Source: a virus
Lineage: Duplodnaviria > Caudoviricetes
Strand: one strand, 5' to 3'
Virus record (IMG/VR): IMGVR_UViG_3300017716_000997
Span: 1,033-65,032 of that record
Length of the DNA stretch: 64,000 nt
Below, one piece after another: positions 1-9,509 of the stretch. Both the position numbers and the translations under genes were made by a program. The first letter of the stretch is position 1, and each line of letters begins with the position of its first letter. Below the pieces are notes generated by a model. The model was not told the DNA's origin. It ran no database searches and saw only the letters and a program-made list of their open reading frames with translations.

Positions 1-1180
1 CAATAAAGTTTACTGCGCCTTCTAAAAGATAAATATTTCCTGCTGTTGGTGTTGTTCCGCCAGAAGATCTAGTTTGAGTAAAACTGCATCCATCAGTTGT
101 TATGGAAGAAGCGCTAAATGTAAAAACGCCTGTTCCTGAAACAACTAAAATACCCGGTATTGCCCACAACGCATTTCCTACCGTTGTTACATCTGGCACA
201 CTAGGGGTGGCTCTTTTTGTTACAGAAAATTTAAATTGAGGAGTTACAAAATATGAACTTGCAGCATACATACCATAAACAGAATACAGTGTGGTTTTAA
301 TAACCTCGTAGTAACGCTGACACATAGCTAACTGAGTTGTGTAATCAACATACTCAAATCCAGTAGCAGAAGTACCTACTTCTAGTTGTACGCCTGTTAT
401 GTAGAATGTTGCGCCTGAAGTGCTGATTACATTTGTTTGTCCAGTTGGTCCATAAAATAATGTTGAACCCCAAGAACCTGCAGTTCCCAAACTGGCACTA
501 TTTGCGCCCAATGAAAAATTAACACTTATTCCAATTCCGTTTGTTGTTAGCCATGTACCTGTTGTATCACCAGCAATCGTTACACTAATTTGAGTCCATG
601 TGTTTGCCGTTGGAATTGAATAGCTAAAAACATAACATCTATTTGCTGCTGAGTTTAATAACATACCGCCAAAAGTGCCTGTTAGCGAACTCCGCACCCA
701 AAATGACAATGTAACTGTTTTAGCATTAGCTGTTCCCCAACCTAAATCGGCAGTATTTAAACCTTCAATTAATTGGTAAACACGAGATACGGTTGTTGCT
801 GATAATGAGGCTTGTGCTGTTGTTACTGTTGCGCCAATGTAATTTACAAATCCTGCTGGTGGAGTTACAGAACCAGCATTTTGTTGTGTTGTAAAAGCCA
901 CGCCTGTACTTGCCGTTGATGAATAGTTTTGTATAGCCCATCTATCAACAGAATATCCAGCATAGTTACCAGCTACTGTAGTGCTACCCCAAGCTTGACT
1001 AGCCCCAGCATTACGCTGGTCAATACGCATATCACCGTTAATAATACGGTTCTTAAAGCGTGTAGCATTACCAGCGCCAAGCGCAGTGGTCCCAATAGTC
1101 AGACCAGACGTAGTTAAAGACGTGCTGGTATCCCCGCCCGGAGATGTAATTCCAGTAGTGCCATTAATTGTTACAGGCAT
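1..1180 (-). CDS. Tail fibre/tail-associated protein, partial (runs off window start; absent from ORF track)
   Basis: Manual translation from ATG 1180: MPVTINGTTGITSPGG...FKNRIINGDMRIDQRN...TVTLSFWVRSS...ITGVQLEVGT...MCQRYY; no stop seen in the segments translated; motifs typical of carbohydrate-binding-like phage tail proteins. Confidence 0.8.
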   Translation of the reverse strand, partial: MPVTINGTTGITSPGGDTSTSLTTSGLTIGTTALGAGNATRFKNRIINGDMRIDQRNAGASQAWGSTTVAGNYAGYSVDRWAIQNYSSTASTGVAFTTQQNAGSVTPPAGFVNYIGATVTTAQASLSATTVSRVYQLIEGLNTADLGWGTANAKTVTLSFWVRSSLTGTFGGMLLNSAANRCYVFSYSIPTANTWTQISVTIAGDTTGTWLTTNGIGISVNFSLGANSASLGTAGSWGSTLFYGPTGQTNVISTSGATFYITGVQLEVGTSATGFEYVDYTTQLAMCQRYYEVIKTTLYSVYGMYAASSYFVTPQFKFSVTKRATPSVPDVTTVGNALWAIPGILVVSGTGVFTFSASSITTDGCSFTQTRSSGGTTPTAGNIYLLEGAVNFI

Positions 1181-1189
1181 GGTAGATCC

Positions 1190-1612
1190 TTAAATTGTAG
1201 GTATTTCTACCCAAGACTGAGTAGCTTCATCCCATGTATACGATTTGCCGTCATTAGGATAAGGTACTGGAGCTTCCCATAAGTAAGTAGATGTATTAAG
1301 GATCCAGCTTGGATAAGGTTGCGGTGCATAGAACACGCCAACAACGCCATCAATAGTTACTGATGAATCATATATATATCCAATGCCAGCGTAGTTAGCA
1401 CGAAGCGGAATTCCACCATCTGGAGTATGCGGTTCTGCAGGAGGAGACGGTGCGTAATGCACGTTTCCATAAGTGTTGTAGCTAGTCTGAACCCATGTTG
1501 ATGGAGATCCTACGGCACCAGAATTAATAAAGTCTTGGTCAGCCGAAATAACTTCAGTCACCATGAACTGGGTAGCTAAAGTAGTTGGTTGAATTTTTGC
1601 AAAGTATGGCAT
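1190..1612 (-). CDS. Tail fibre assembly/chaperone-like protein
   Basis: Likely start MPYFAKI at 1612 (AAGGA RBS); PLRANYAGIGYIYD, PQPYPSW, WEAPVPYP, YTWDEATQSW motifs typical of small proteins beside Gly-rich fibres. Confidence 0.6.
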   Translation of the reverse strand: MPYFAKIQPTTLATQFMVTEVISADQDFINSGAVGSPSTWVQTSYNTYGNVHYAPSPPAEPHTPDGGIPLRANYAGIGYIYDSSVTIDGVVGVFYAPQPYPSWILNTSTYLWEAPVPYPNDGKSYTWDEATQSWVEIPTI

Positions 1613-1622
1613 TTTTATTCCT

Positions 1623-2426
1623 TTAAGCTGTATATGTACCACTAGCTGTGTATTTTAATATAGTATTTAGTCCACTGGTAGTAATAGTTGGGCTACCAGT
1701 ATATGTTCCTACGCTGGCTGTTGGCACGGATATAATAACTACCCCAGAACCACCTGAAGCGCTTGTAGCGAATCCGCCACAACCTGCTCCGCCACCAGTA
1801 TTTGTTCCTCCGTTATTAGCGCTCGGACCACCTTGACCACCACCTCCAGCACCACCACCGCCACCATATTGACCACCGCCACCGCCGCCGCCACTATAAT
1901 ATGTGCCAGAACCAGTAATGGTATTGTAATGCCCCGTACCACCAGCGCCACCACCGTCTCCAATGCCTTGACCACCACCAGCACTTCCACCTCCGCCACC
2001 GCCACCAGCAAAGTTAGTACCACCTCCACCGTTATTGCCTTGTCCTGCGGTTCCAGCACCTCCACCAGTTGATCCCACGTTTGGCCCATTACCGCCACCG
2101 CCACCTGAACCACCACCACCGCCGTTTTGATCTGCACCGCCACCAGCTCCACCGCCGCTAGATGTTGCAACTCCTGTAATAGAAGAGTTAGACCCAGTTG
2201 CACCACTACCACCACCACCGCCAACAACCATCGTGTAAGTAGTATTAGGGGTAGCTACCAATGAATTTGAAATAAACCCACCACCACCACCGCCGCCGCC
2301 AAAACTATATGACGCATAGGTACCACCACCGCCAGCAATTATTAGGTAAGTCATTGTGTACTTTCCTTTACCACCTCCAAAACCGAAGGCTCTAACTGAA
2401 TCGGCACGGGCAGCTAAGAATGGCAT
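1623..2426 (-). CDS. Glycine-rich tail fibre/adhesin-like protein
   Basis: YLIIAGGGG start of Gly-rich domain, many poly-G runs, C-terminus SGSGVVIISVPT...ASGTYTA. Confidence 0.75.
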   Translation of the reverse strand: MPFLAARADSVRAFGFGGGKGKYTMTYLIIAGGGGTYASYSFGGGGGGGGFISNSLVATPNTTYTMVVGGGGGSGATGSNSSITGVATSSGGGAGGGADQNGGGGGSGGGGGNGPNVGSTGGGAGTAGQGNNGGGGTNFAGGGGGGGSAGGGQGIGDGGGAGGTGHYNTITGSGTYYSGGGGGGGQYGGGGGAGGGGQGGPSANNGGTNTGGGAGCGGFATSASGGSGVVIISVPTASVGTYTGSPTITTSGLNTILKYTASGTYTA

Positions 2427-2427
2427 A

Positions 2428-2955
2428 TTACTTAAACTGTGACTGTGACGCTAAAACAGTATAGGTAGCATTAGCGGTCTTAATTAAACTAAAAACATAG
2501 ACATCAATACTTAATGTATTACCTGAAGTTGGAGCTGATCCACCTTGCCATTTTGGAGTAACTGCTGCACCGTCAACTTGAAATACTGTTGGGTAGTACG
2601 CTACTGCGCCGTTTGTATTCATAAATACAACGCTTACTGATTGGTTATTAGCCAACATAGAGTTAAGCGTAGTTGTTGAATTACCACGGAAGTTAATAGT
2701 GGTATTAGCTGTAGCATTGGCTGTGTAATACAAAATAGGCTGTGTTAAAACATCGTATACAACGTTGGCGCCCATAGCAGTTGCTGTGGCATTAGCTTTT
2801 TCTATAACTGCCGCCGCAAATGCAGTAGTTTGGTTTGATGCTATGGTCACGGCCACGGTATTAGCGCCGCTAGTCGTAAAGACTAGATTACCAGTAGCAT
2901 CACTGTTAACAGTAAACCCTGTTGTTACGGTATTCCCAGAAGCTATTACTGACAT
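2428..2955 (-). CDS. Tail fibre-associated structural protein
   Basis: Likely start MSVIASG at 2955; AVTPKWQGGSAPTSGN...IDVYVFSLIKT...VLASQSQF C-terminal domain common in phage tail proteins. Confidence 0.65.
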   Translation of the reverse strand: MSVIASGNTVTTGFTVNSDATGNLVFTTSGANTVAVTIASNQTTAFAAAVIEKANATATAMGANVVYDVLTQPILYYTANATANTTINFRGNSTTTLNSMLANNQSVSVVFMNTNGAVAYYPTVFQVDGAAVTPKWQGGSAPTSGNTLSIDVYVFSLIKTANATYTVLASQSQFK

Positions 2956-2956
2956 A

Positions 2957-4867
2957 TTAGATAACCACCCATCTTTGTCCACTAGCTACAGTAATAGATA
3001 CACCGTTTGCTGTTGTAATTGGTCCAACAGAGAATCCGTTTTGACCAGCAGCTACTGTAGCATTTGAGGTAACGTTTACATTATTGATAATGATTGCGCT
3101 ATTACCAGCCGCTATTGCAGCGTCAACCGTAGACCACGATAAAGCATTTGCACCGTCTGTCTTAAGGTATTTGTTAGCGTTACCAGTTTGGTCTGGCAGG
3201 ATTGTATTAGAAGAAATTACTTGGGCTGCACTACCGTTAAAGCTTACGCCCGATGCTGCGCCGTTTCCAGCACTAGTAAAGGTCAAAGTACTGACTACAG
3301 AACCCGCAGAGATGTTAGCTGGAGACTGCCAAATAGGAGCAGTAGCGTTACCAGTAGACTGTAGCAGGTAGGTATTAGTACCAAAGTTTCCATTAAATGC
3401 AACCGCATTGGTTGAGTTAATAGTCATAGCATCTACGTTGCTAGCGTTGGTAACAATACGGACGCCGTTATTAGTGGTAGTACCTAGTACCAATTCACCG
3501 TTTACAGAATAGACATAGACCGCATTTGGTAGTGCAAGACTTCCATTACCAGCAAAAGTAGAGCCGTTAATACCAAAGTCACCGTAGTAAGTACCGTTGG
3601 TTCCTAAGTCATTACTAACAATATAGTCTGCAGAAGCAGCATTACCGCTGCTGGTGTTTTGTAATATCCACTGTCCGTAGCCGTTTTCTGCGTGGACAAA
3701 TGAACCAAAGATACCTGTATCGGAATAACCTAAAGTACCGTCTCTAAATGCGCCATAAGCTACGTTTGCGGAAATGTCGGCTGTAGCACTAAAATACTGA
3801 GATTCAATTGTGTTGTTTAAAAACGTCAGGTTTGCTGAAGAAGCTAATGCATTAGAGCCATCACCATAAGGAATTCGCCCAGTAGCTAAAGTTGTTAGTC
3901 CTGTACCACCCGCTACTACAGGAAGAGTGCCAGTCGTTAAAGAACTAGTAGATGTAGCATAGACTGCAGCATTAGCTGTAAAGGTAGTTAATCCTGTGCC
4001 GCCGTATGCTGTAGCAATTGTGGTGGCATTCCATGTTGCATTGGAAATAGTTGTGCCACCAAAGTTAGCGGTTGTTGTACCCCAGTTTACGGACGCTGGA
4101 AGGAGTGCATGTTTACTCCAAGTACCAGCAGTTGAGCCATTGGCTAGCAATGTAACAACGTCAATGCCACCACCCGGTATTAAATCAACTAAACCAGACG
4201 AGGTGTCAGTAACAGTTAAGTTACCAGTAGAGTCATTGTTAAATACAAAGGCAGCTCCCGCAGCTAAAGTGGTTGCATTTGGAAGTTGATATGTTTGATC
4301 TAAAGTACCAGTTAAGCGCTGGTAGTAAGTAGATGCTGCTGTTAATGTAGTCGTTGTGCCTGCTGATGTAGTAGCAGTAAAGCCGGGCAACCAATTATTG
4401 AAGTCAATATTTACATTGGCATCACGCAACACTACGCTGTTAGCGCCAGATGAAGCTGTAACTCCAGTACCACCGTAAGCAACGCCGATTGTATTAGCGT
4501 TCCATGTACCTAAAGTAATGTTACCTAAAGCCGATACATTACCGCTAGAATCTAAATAAACGGATTGCTCTGCAGGATAAGTTACAAAGACCGACTGACT
4601 GCCAGAATTAAAGTTAGCTAAACTACCGCCATTGCTAGATGAAATAACGGTGTTACGCACCACAGAGTTATTAGCACTGTAGTATGTACCAATACCAACT
4701 TCCCACTCAGCACCGCCAACTGTAGCGATGGTGTAGTAGGTCGTGTTGGAATTGCCAACGCCGTTAGCAAAGGTTTGATAGCCAGTAGTGGCACCAAGTA
4801 AAGTTACTGTACCTGTGCCGGGGCTACTCGCCGTCTCTAATACACGGTCCTTAAGCACCAGAGCCAT
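2957..4867 (-). CDS. Long tail fibre protein (636 aa)
   Basis: MALVLKDRVLETA N-terminal anchor; repeated VAYGGTG/TAYGGTG/VVAGGTG fibre repeats; T/N/A/G rich. Confidence 0.8.
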   Translation of the reverse strand: MALVLKDRVLETASSPGTGTVTLLGATTGYQTFANGVGNSNTTYYTIATVGGAEWEVGIGTYYSANNSVVRNTVISSSNGGSLANFNSGSQSVFVTYPAEQSVYLDSSGNVSALGNITLGTWNANTIGVAYGGTGVTASSGANSVVLRDANVNIDFNNWLPGFTATTSAGTTTTLTAASTYYQRLTGTLDQTYQLPNATTLAAGAAFVFNNDSTGNLTVTDTSSGLVDLIPGGGIDVVTLLANGSTAGTWSKHALLPASVNWGTTTANFGGTTISNATWNATTIATAYGGTGLTTFTANAAVYATSTSSLTTGTLPVVAGGTGLTTLATGRIPYGDGSNALASSANLTFLNNTIESQYFSATADISANVAYGAFRDGTLGYSDTGIFGSFVHAENGYGQWILQNTSSGNAASADYIVSNDLGTNGTYYGDFGINGSTFAGNGSLALPNAVYVYSVNGELVLGTTTNNGVRIVTNASNVDAMTINSTNAVAFNGNFGTNTYLLQSTGNATAPIWQSPANISAGSVVSTLTFTSAGNGAASGVSFNGSAAQVISSNTILPDQTGNANKYLKTDGANALSWSTVDAAIAAGNSAIIINNVNVTSNATVAAGQNGFSVGPITTANGVSITVASGQRWVVI

Positions 4868-4877
4868 TTACGGCTCC

Positions 4878-5471
4878 TTAACCAGCAGCGCTGAGTGTGT
4901 AAGTTACGTTTATTGTGTCGCCAGAAGTTACCGTCTTTGACCCTGCCGTGAACGCACCGATACTAAAGCAAGTACCAGTAGTAGAGTCAATAGTAGAAGA
5001 GCCGCCAATATTGATAAACGCACCATAAACAGTTCCTGAACTTGTCATGCTAAATACGACAGCAGCGGAAGTAGTTAATACTGATGGGTTAGCAGAAGTA
5101 GCAGAGCTAAATACTGGAGTCTTGCGTGTACCAGAGTAAGTAGGAGCGTTAGATCCACCAACTTCATACCAACCAACGTGGCTAGCTTGTGTATCTGTGT
5201 AAGCTGGAGTAAATGTGTTGCTAGCGTTAGCACCACCTAGACCCATTACAACAGCACCACCGCCTGTGTTAGCAAAGTATGCGTTTAATAAACTTTGACG
5301 ACCAACGTTAGTAGTCAAATTCTCAATAACGTCATTCCATTTTTCTGTACCATCAGAACCAATACAGGTGAAGGTATATACACCTGCTAAGCCTACAGAC
5401 TCAACAGAGCCTCCGCCTAGTTCTGCAGTAGCACCTACAGTATCACCAAATTTTGCAATTTCATTGCTCAT
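4878..5471 (-). CDS. Virion structural protein (197 aa)
   Basis: Position in tail operon, RBS, T/S/G-rich beta composition, SGDTINVTYTLS C-terminus. Confidence 0.6.
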   Translation of the reverse strand: MSNEIAKFGDTVGATAELGGGSVESVGLAGVYTFTCIGSDGTEKWNDVIENLTTNVGRQSLLNAYFANTGGGAVVMGLGGANASNTFTPAYTDTQASHVGWYEVGGSNAPTYSGTRKTPVFSSATSANPSVLTTSAAVVFSMTSSGTVYGAFINIGGSSTIDSTTGTCFSIGAFTAGSKTVTSGDTINVTYTLSAAG

Positions 5472-5479
5472 AAAAACTC

Positions 5480-5902
5480 CTAACTTATGCGAATAATAGC
5501 GGTGTTTGCAAGGGCCGCTGGAAAATAAATGTTAAATGTCTGGTTGTTTGTTGCAACCGTACTACCAAAGTTTAATACCGCAACTGACGCATTGTTAAAG
5601 GAACTATTATAAATCAAAGCTCCCGCAGCGCTAATTGTAGACGAACTCCACGAAGTATTGGCAAAAGAAATGAATGCCACGTTACCCGTGTTGGTAGGGG
5701 TTTGGGTTACGCTTAAGGTGTTTCCACCAGCCGTATAGCCTGTACCAGTTGTTTCACCAGTAGTTGTATATGCTGTGGTGGAATTACCAATACTTGCGCT
5801 AGCCGTGTACAACGCAATTTTAAAAGTATTAGCCGAGAAGTTATGCTGCGCATTTAAGAGCTGAACTTTGAACGAATCGGTCTGACTTTGATATATAGGC
5901 AT
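5480..5902 (-). CDS. Virion structural protein (140 aa)
   Basis: TDSFKVQLLNAQHNF...FKIALYT...GTGYTAGG...GALIYN motif pattern common in phage tail modules. Confidence 0.65.
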   Translation of the reverse strand: MPIYQSQTDSFKVQLLNAQHNFSANTFKIALYTASASIGNSTTAYTTTGETTGTGYTAGGNTLSVTQTPTNTGNVAFISFANTSWSSSTISAAGALIYNSSFNNASVAVLNFGSTVATNNQTFNIYFPAALANTAIIRIS

Positions 5903-6600
5903 TAAAGGACCTTGACTCTGGCTTGACCATCACGATAAGCATCACCACGCTCAAGACCGTCACCGAGGCGTTTGAGTTGAGCCATAGCTTCTGTGTACTT
6001 AGAGTTGTACATAGCAATCATGTCAGCCTCACCCTTCATATAGGTGTAAGCCTCAACCAATGTTCCGTATAACAGAATAGGGCTATAGTTATCCCCAAGC
6101 CATGATGTACCAGCAGTCACAATTGACTCTGGATAATAGAAGTAATGGAGTTCTACACTGTAATTGGCATCAGGAGTTGGCCCCATAATGAAAGCTAGTT
6201 CATTTATGTCGCTGTACTGTGAACCAAACAATGCGTAATAACGGGGTAATCCTGTAGCTGTTGGGCTTGGATACGCTTGGCGAATATAGTTAACATCCTT
6301 ATTCAGCAAGTATTCGTAAGTACCATCCGCTTTAATTACCGCCATGGAAAAAGTAGACAGATAATTGTCTGGGCATGATAGGTATGGGTTACCTGTTGTA
6401 GCAGTACCAGTAACGTTCTTTCGCAAGGAAGGAATCTGCACCGTATTATAAATACGCTCTTCCGCCTGCTCAATGAAGGTGTTAATCTGAGTGGTTACAT
6501 TAACCGTACTCGTATTACCACCAGACAGCTCTACAAACGTATCAGGAAAGATATTCTCTGTATACGTCTGTACTTGCTGAAATAGTTCTGCGTAATTCAT
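5902..6600 (-). CDS. Head-tail connector/adaptor-like protein (232 aa)
   Basis: FIEQAEERIYNTVQIP, LLNKDVNYIR, GPTPD, LLYGTLVEAYTYMKG; tail operon position. Confidence 0.6.
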   Translation of the reverse strand: MNYAELFQQVQTYTENIFPDTFVELSGGNTSTVNVTTQINTFIEQAEERIYNTVQIPSLRKNVTGTATTGNPYLSCPDNYLSTFSMAVIKADGTYEYLLNKDVNYIRQAYPSPTATGLPRYYALFGSQYSDINELAFIMGPTPDANYSVELHYFYYPESIVTAGTSWLGDNYSPILLYGTLVEAYTYMKGEADMIAMYNSKYTEAMAQLKRLGDGLERGDAYRDGQARVKVL

Positions 6601-6890
6601 TAGCCCATCGGCCCTCTAGATTTAATGCCTTTAGTTGCAGCACCATAACCACGCATAGTAATACCATCAGTCTTAACATCGTCACGATCTGGATCGCCTA
6701 AGCTAACACGACCTGTTGGTTTGCCTGGTTTAAAGTCACCCGCTACTTGGCGAGTTGGGTCAGGTTTACGGCTAACAGATAGCATTGCATCTTTTGCACT
6801 TAATGCAGTGCCTTTCATGGTATGTGGCTTAGCGTAGACATCAGCACTGCCTACCTCTTTACCCATAACTTTTTTAGAGAATTTAGCCAT
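6600..6890 (-). CDS. Small basic K/G-rich protein (96 aa)
   Basis: ORF with RBS; C-terminal RGYGAATKGIKSRGPMG. Confidence 0.6.
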   Translation of the reverse strand: MAKFSKKVMGKEVGSADVYAKPHTMKGTALSAKDAMLSVSRKPDPTRQVAGDFKPGKPTGRVSLGDPDRDDVKTDGITMRGYGAATKGIKSRGPMG

Positions 6891-6892
6891 GA

Positions 6893-7078
6893 TTACCCCT
6901 GATTTTTAGCACGAGCTAAGTTACGGCCAACAGCTTTCATTGCTGCTCCAGTAACGGTAGATGCACCTTTTTTGCCTTTACCAGTTTGAATGGCTAAGGT
7001 TGGACCTGTATCACCAAGGTTCTTACCTTTGGTTTTACCAGTTTTTGTTACGCCGTCTGCTGCTTTTCTGAATGTCAT
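6893..7078 (-). CDS. Small basic K/G-rich protein (61 aa)
   Basis: AGGAG RBS; RKAADGVTKTGKTKGK; strongly basic. Confidence 0.6.
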   Translation of the reverse strand: MTFRKAADGVTKTGKTKGKNLGDTGPTLAIQTGKGKKGASTVTGAAMKAVGRNLARAKNQG

Positions 7079-7086
7079 AATGACTC

Positions 7087-7515
7087 CTAAGTTATACTAA
7101 CCGTTACTGTACCCACTTGTCCCATTGCAATCAAGTCATTTTCCGTTAAAACGGTATCAAACAACCTTGCACCACCAACTGGGTTAAAGCCCCATTGGAA
7201 GATTCTACTACCCATATCTGGGTTTCCTAACCCATCTGGACCAGTTCCACCATTAATGTCAATCTGCAAACCATTGGTGCCAGATTGCCAATAACTTACA
7301 TCAGGACGTGGATCCCGAACCGCTTGCGGATCGTTCACCGGATACATACCCAATTGTAACTGAGGTTGATCGGGGTTCCAACATGATTGACAAACTTTAA
7401 TCTTGAATGGTTTAGTCTTTACAACCTCATTTTTAAGATCCGAAAGCTTGTACCTAAAACCACATCGGTCACATTCCGCAATTGCGTACTTACCTGATGC
7501 AAATTGATTGGGCAT
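7087..7515 (-). CDS. Conserved hypothetical protein with CxxC...CxxC zinc ribbon
   Basis: ECDRCGF...VCQSCW; PQAVRDPRPD. Confidence 0.65.
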   Translation of the reverse strand: MPNQFASGKYAIAECDRCGFRYKLSDLKNEVVKTKPFKIKVCQSCWNPDQPQLQLGMYPVNDPQAVRDPRPDVSYWQSGTNGLQIDINGGTGPDGLGNPDMGSRIFQWGFNPVGGARLFDTVLTENDLIAMGQVGTVTVSIT

Positions 7516-7518
7516 ATC

Positions 7519-8445
7519 TTACCTTGCGTAGAACATATTCCGAGGTACAAAACGGATTGGAGCTTTCTCTCTATCCTCCTCAGCCGCCAACCTAAATTGT
7601 TCCTCATAATCCATCTTTAACATAGGAATACGGTTCATATCTACATCAGGAAGCTTGGTAGATAACTGATAAGCCAAGCCTGCAACCATGCAAGGAATGA
7701 AGCGGAATGGGATATCTTGTACATACACGCCAGTTCCAGCATCTTGAATGCGGCGTAAGCGGTAGTAAACGAATGTATATTGGCTGCCAGGAGAGCTAGG
7801 CGTAGGCCAGACATTAATGCATGGAAGGTTCTGTACAGTAACCGTAGCGTTAGCAGTATGAGCTGCAGCAGTAGTACCGTTTTGACCACGGGCGCAGTTG
7901 ATTAACTGGTTTCCGTTGATGTTTGGATAGCTAATTGTCTCGTTATCAATCTTAATAAATCCAGAAGAAGTTAACCCGCTTGTAGAAGTGAGATCAATAG
8001 TCGTTGCTGTAGAGCTTATATTAGCGCTTAAAAGGGCGTCTGAGAGGTTTTCTTGACCTGACTGACGGTTGATGTACACCTGAATCGGGCGCCCCTGTGC
8101 GAGCTTATTAGGCAGGCTCATGTAGGTCGGCTCTGCAATACGGCTAATATTGATGTCTATTTGGTTGGAAGTACCGTTATTTTGGCGGATAACCATGTCC
8201 ATAAGATCAATGGTATCTGCTGGGTATGGGTACATAGCCTGTCCTGTAACCATTGGAATCACGCCCTGTTCTACAGTCCACAGGTTAATACCACGGTTAG
8301 CCCATTCAATAGTCAATAAATTTAAGGAACGGCGGGCAGTACGGAAATCGTATCCAGTACGCAGCTCTTTGCCGCATCTCTCGAAGGCTTCTTCGATTAG
8401 ATCATTTACATCTAGATTAAATGCGGTTGTTCCAGTTGTTGCCAT
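7519..8445 (-). CDS. Tail tubular protein A / adaptor-like (308 aa)
   Basis: LIEEAFERCG...ARRSLNLLTIEWANRGINLW; VWPTP; DIPFRFIPCMVAGLAY; contains an inserted beta domain (see findings). Confidence 0.7.
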   Translation of the reverse strand: MATTGTTAFNLDVNDLIEEAFERCGKELRTGYDFRTARRSLNLLTIEWANRGINLWTVEQGVIPMVTGQAMYPYPADTIDLMDMVIRQNNGTSNQIDINISRIAEPTYMSLPNKLAQGRPIQVYINRQSGQENLSDALLSANISSTATTIDLTSTSGLTSSGFIKIDNETISYPNINGNQLINCARGQNGTTAAAHTANATVTVQNLPCINVWPTPSSPGSQYTFVYYRLRRIQDAGTGVYVQDIPFRFIPCMVAGLAYQLSTKLPDVDMNRIPMLKMDYEEQFRLAAEEDREKAPIRFVPRNMFYAR

Positions 8446-8696
8446 TATTTTTTCTTCGCTGTTTTAGCAGATTGCAAAAATGCCGCTTTAGTAGGCGCAC
8501 CCTTAGATCCAACAGGACGCATCTTTTCACCAGAGCCAGCCGCAATGCGCTTTTGCTTCGCATGAATATTTGCATATAGTCCAACTTTCCCACCTTCAGC
8601 AAACTGAGTAAAGTCTGTATTATCTCTACGGGGTTTCTTAGTGCCTTTAGGCATTTTAGAAGGAGCGATATCACCCATGCCACGAGATGGTCTCAT
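8445..8696 (-). CDS. Small basic protein (MRPSRGMG...)
   Basis: Start 8696 overlaps upstream TGA; FAEGGKV motif; K/R rich. Confidence 0.6.
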   Translation of the reverse strand: MRPSRGMGDIAPSKMPKGTKKPRRDNTDFTQFAEGGKVGLYANIHAKQKRIAAGSGEKMRPVGSKGAPTKAAFLQSAKTAKKK

Positions 8697-8932
8697 GCTC
8701 TTGTCTTTCCACGAATAGCACAACCGTCAGCACGGGCAGAGGCGGACTTTACTGAACCACCTTTTTTCATACCAGTTACATTACCCATTGTGTCAACAGC
8801 GGGAATGTTCTGTTCGGTAGTGCCAAAGCGCTCATACTCTTGCTGTTTTTCAGCACGAATACCACGTTCTTTATTGGCTTTGTAATAAGCCTCACGCTTT
8901 TCTTTTTGCTTACCAGTTTCTTCGTATGGCAT
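8693..8932 (-). CDS. Small basic protein
   Basis: Likely start MPYEE at 8932; MKKGGSV and RADGCAIRGKTRA motifs. Confidence 0.6.
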   Translation of the reverse strand: MPYEETGKQKEKREAYYKANKERGIRAEKQQEYERFGTTEQNIPAVDTMGNVTGMKKGGSVKSASARADGCAIRGKTRA

Positions 8933-8934
8933 GA

Positions 8935-9267
8935 TTAGCACATCCCGCCAGATTTCATCTTAACCATTGTACCTTTGGTATGACCTTTCATAACGCATCC
9001 GTCAGCACGGGTTACGCCACTTTTAGCCATTTTATGCATAGACTTTTCGTGAGCCTTAACTTCTTGCTTGGCTACTTTTTTCATCATTGGCATATCTTCT
9101 TTAATATCTGAATGTTTCATAGTTCCACCTTCCTTAAATTTCTTGCCTTTATCGGCAGTCATAAAATCTTTACCTACAGTCGTTGGGATGCCCACCTTTT
9201 TTGCAAAGCTTGGCGAGTGAGCGACTGCCGCCATTAAATTGTGTTGCTTCTTAGATACGCTAGGCAT
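8935..9267 (-). CDS. Small basic protein (110 aa)
   Basis: MPSVSKKQHNLMAAVAH; FKEGG, RADGCVMKGHTKG, MKSGGMC. Confidence 0.65.
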   Translation of the reverse strand: MPSVSKKQHNLMAAVAHSPSFAKKVGIPTTVGKDFMTADKGKKFKEGGTMKHSDIKEDMPMMKKVAKQEVKAHEKSMHKMAKSGVTRADGCVMKGHTKGTMVKMKSGGMC

Positions 9268-9509
9268 TATGCTTTCCTTAACTCATCAATTTTAGATTCT
9301 AATCTAGCAATACCAGCATCAAACCGTTCCATAATCTTTTCTAAATCTCGCTGTACTTCTGAACGAGTAATGTGTTCACGAGCAATTTCTTCACGGGTTC
9401 TGTTTAACAGAATACCAAGACGATCTAACTCTTCAAATTTACCTTTAAGCATAAAACCCATTACTGCGACAATTGCACTTAAAACAACATTCCATAGCAT
9501 CATTTCCAT
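9267..9509 (-). CDS. Small protein with N-terminal TM helix and coiled coil
   Basis: Start MEMMLW at 9509 (TGATG overlap); hydrophobic WNVVLSAIVAVMGFML followed by heptad-like helix. Confidence 0.65.
   Translation of the reverse strand: MEMMLWNVVLSAIVAVMGFMLKGKFEELDRLGILLNRTREEIAREHITRSEVQRDLEKIMERFDAGIARLESKIDELRKA

Noticed and set aside
1648-2227. ORFs 1648-1836, 1739-2227, 1833-2072 and similar at 59787-59996, 62152-62649, 63306-63768
   Set aside because: Pro-, Thr- or Val-rich shadows of GGN codon runs in the glycine-rich genes
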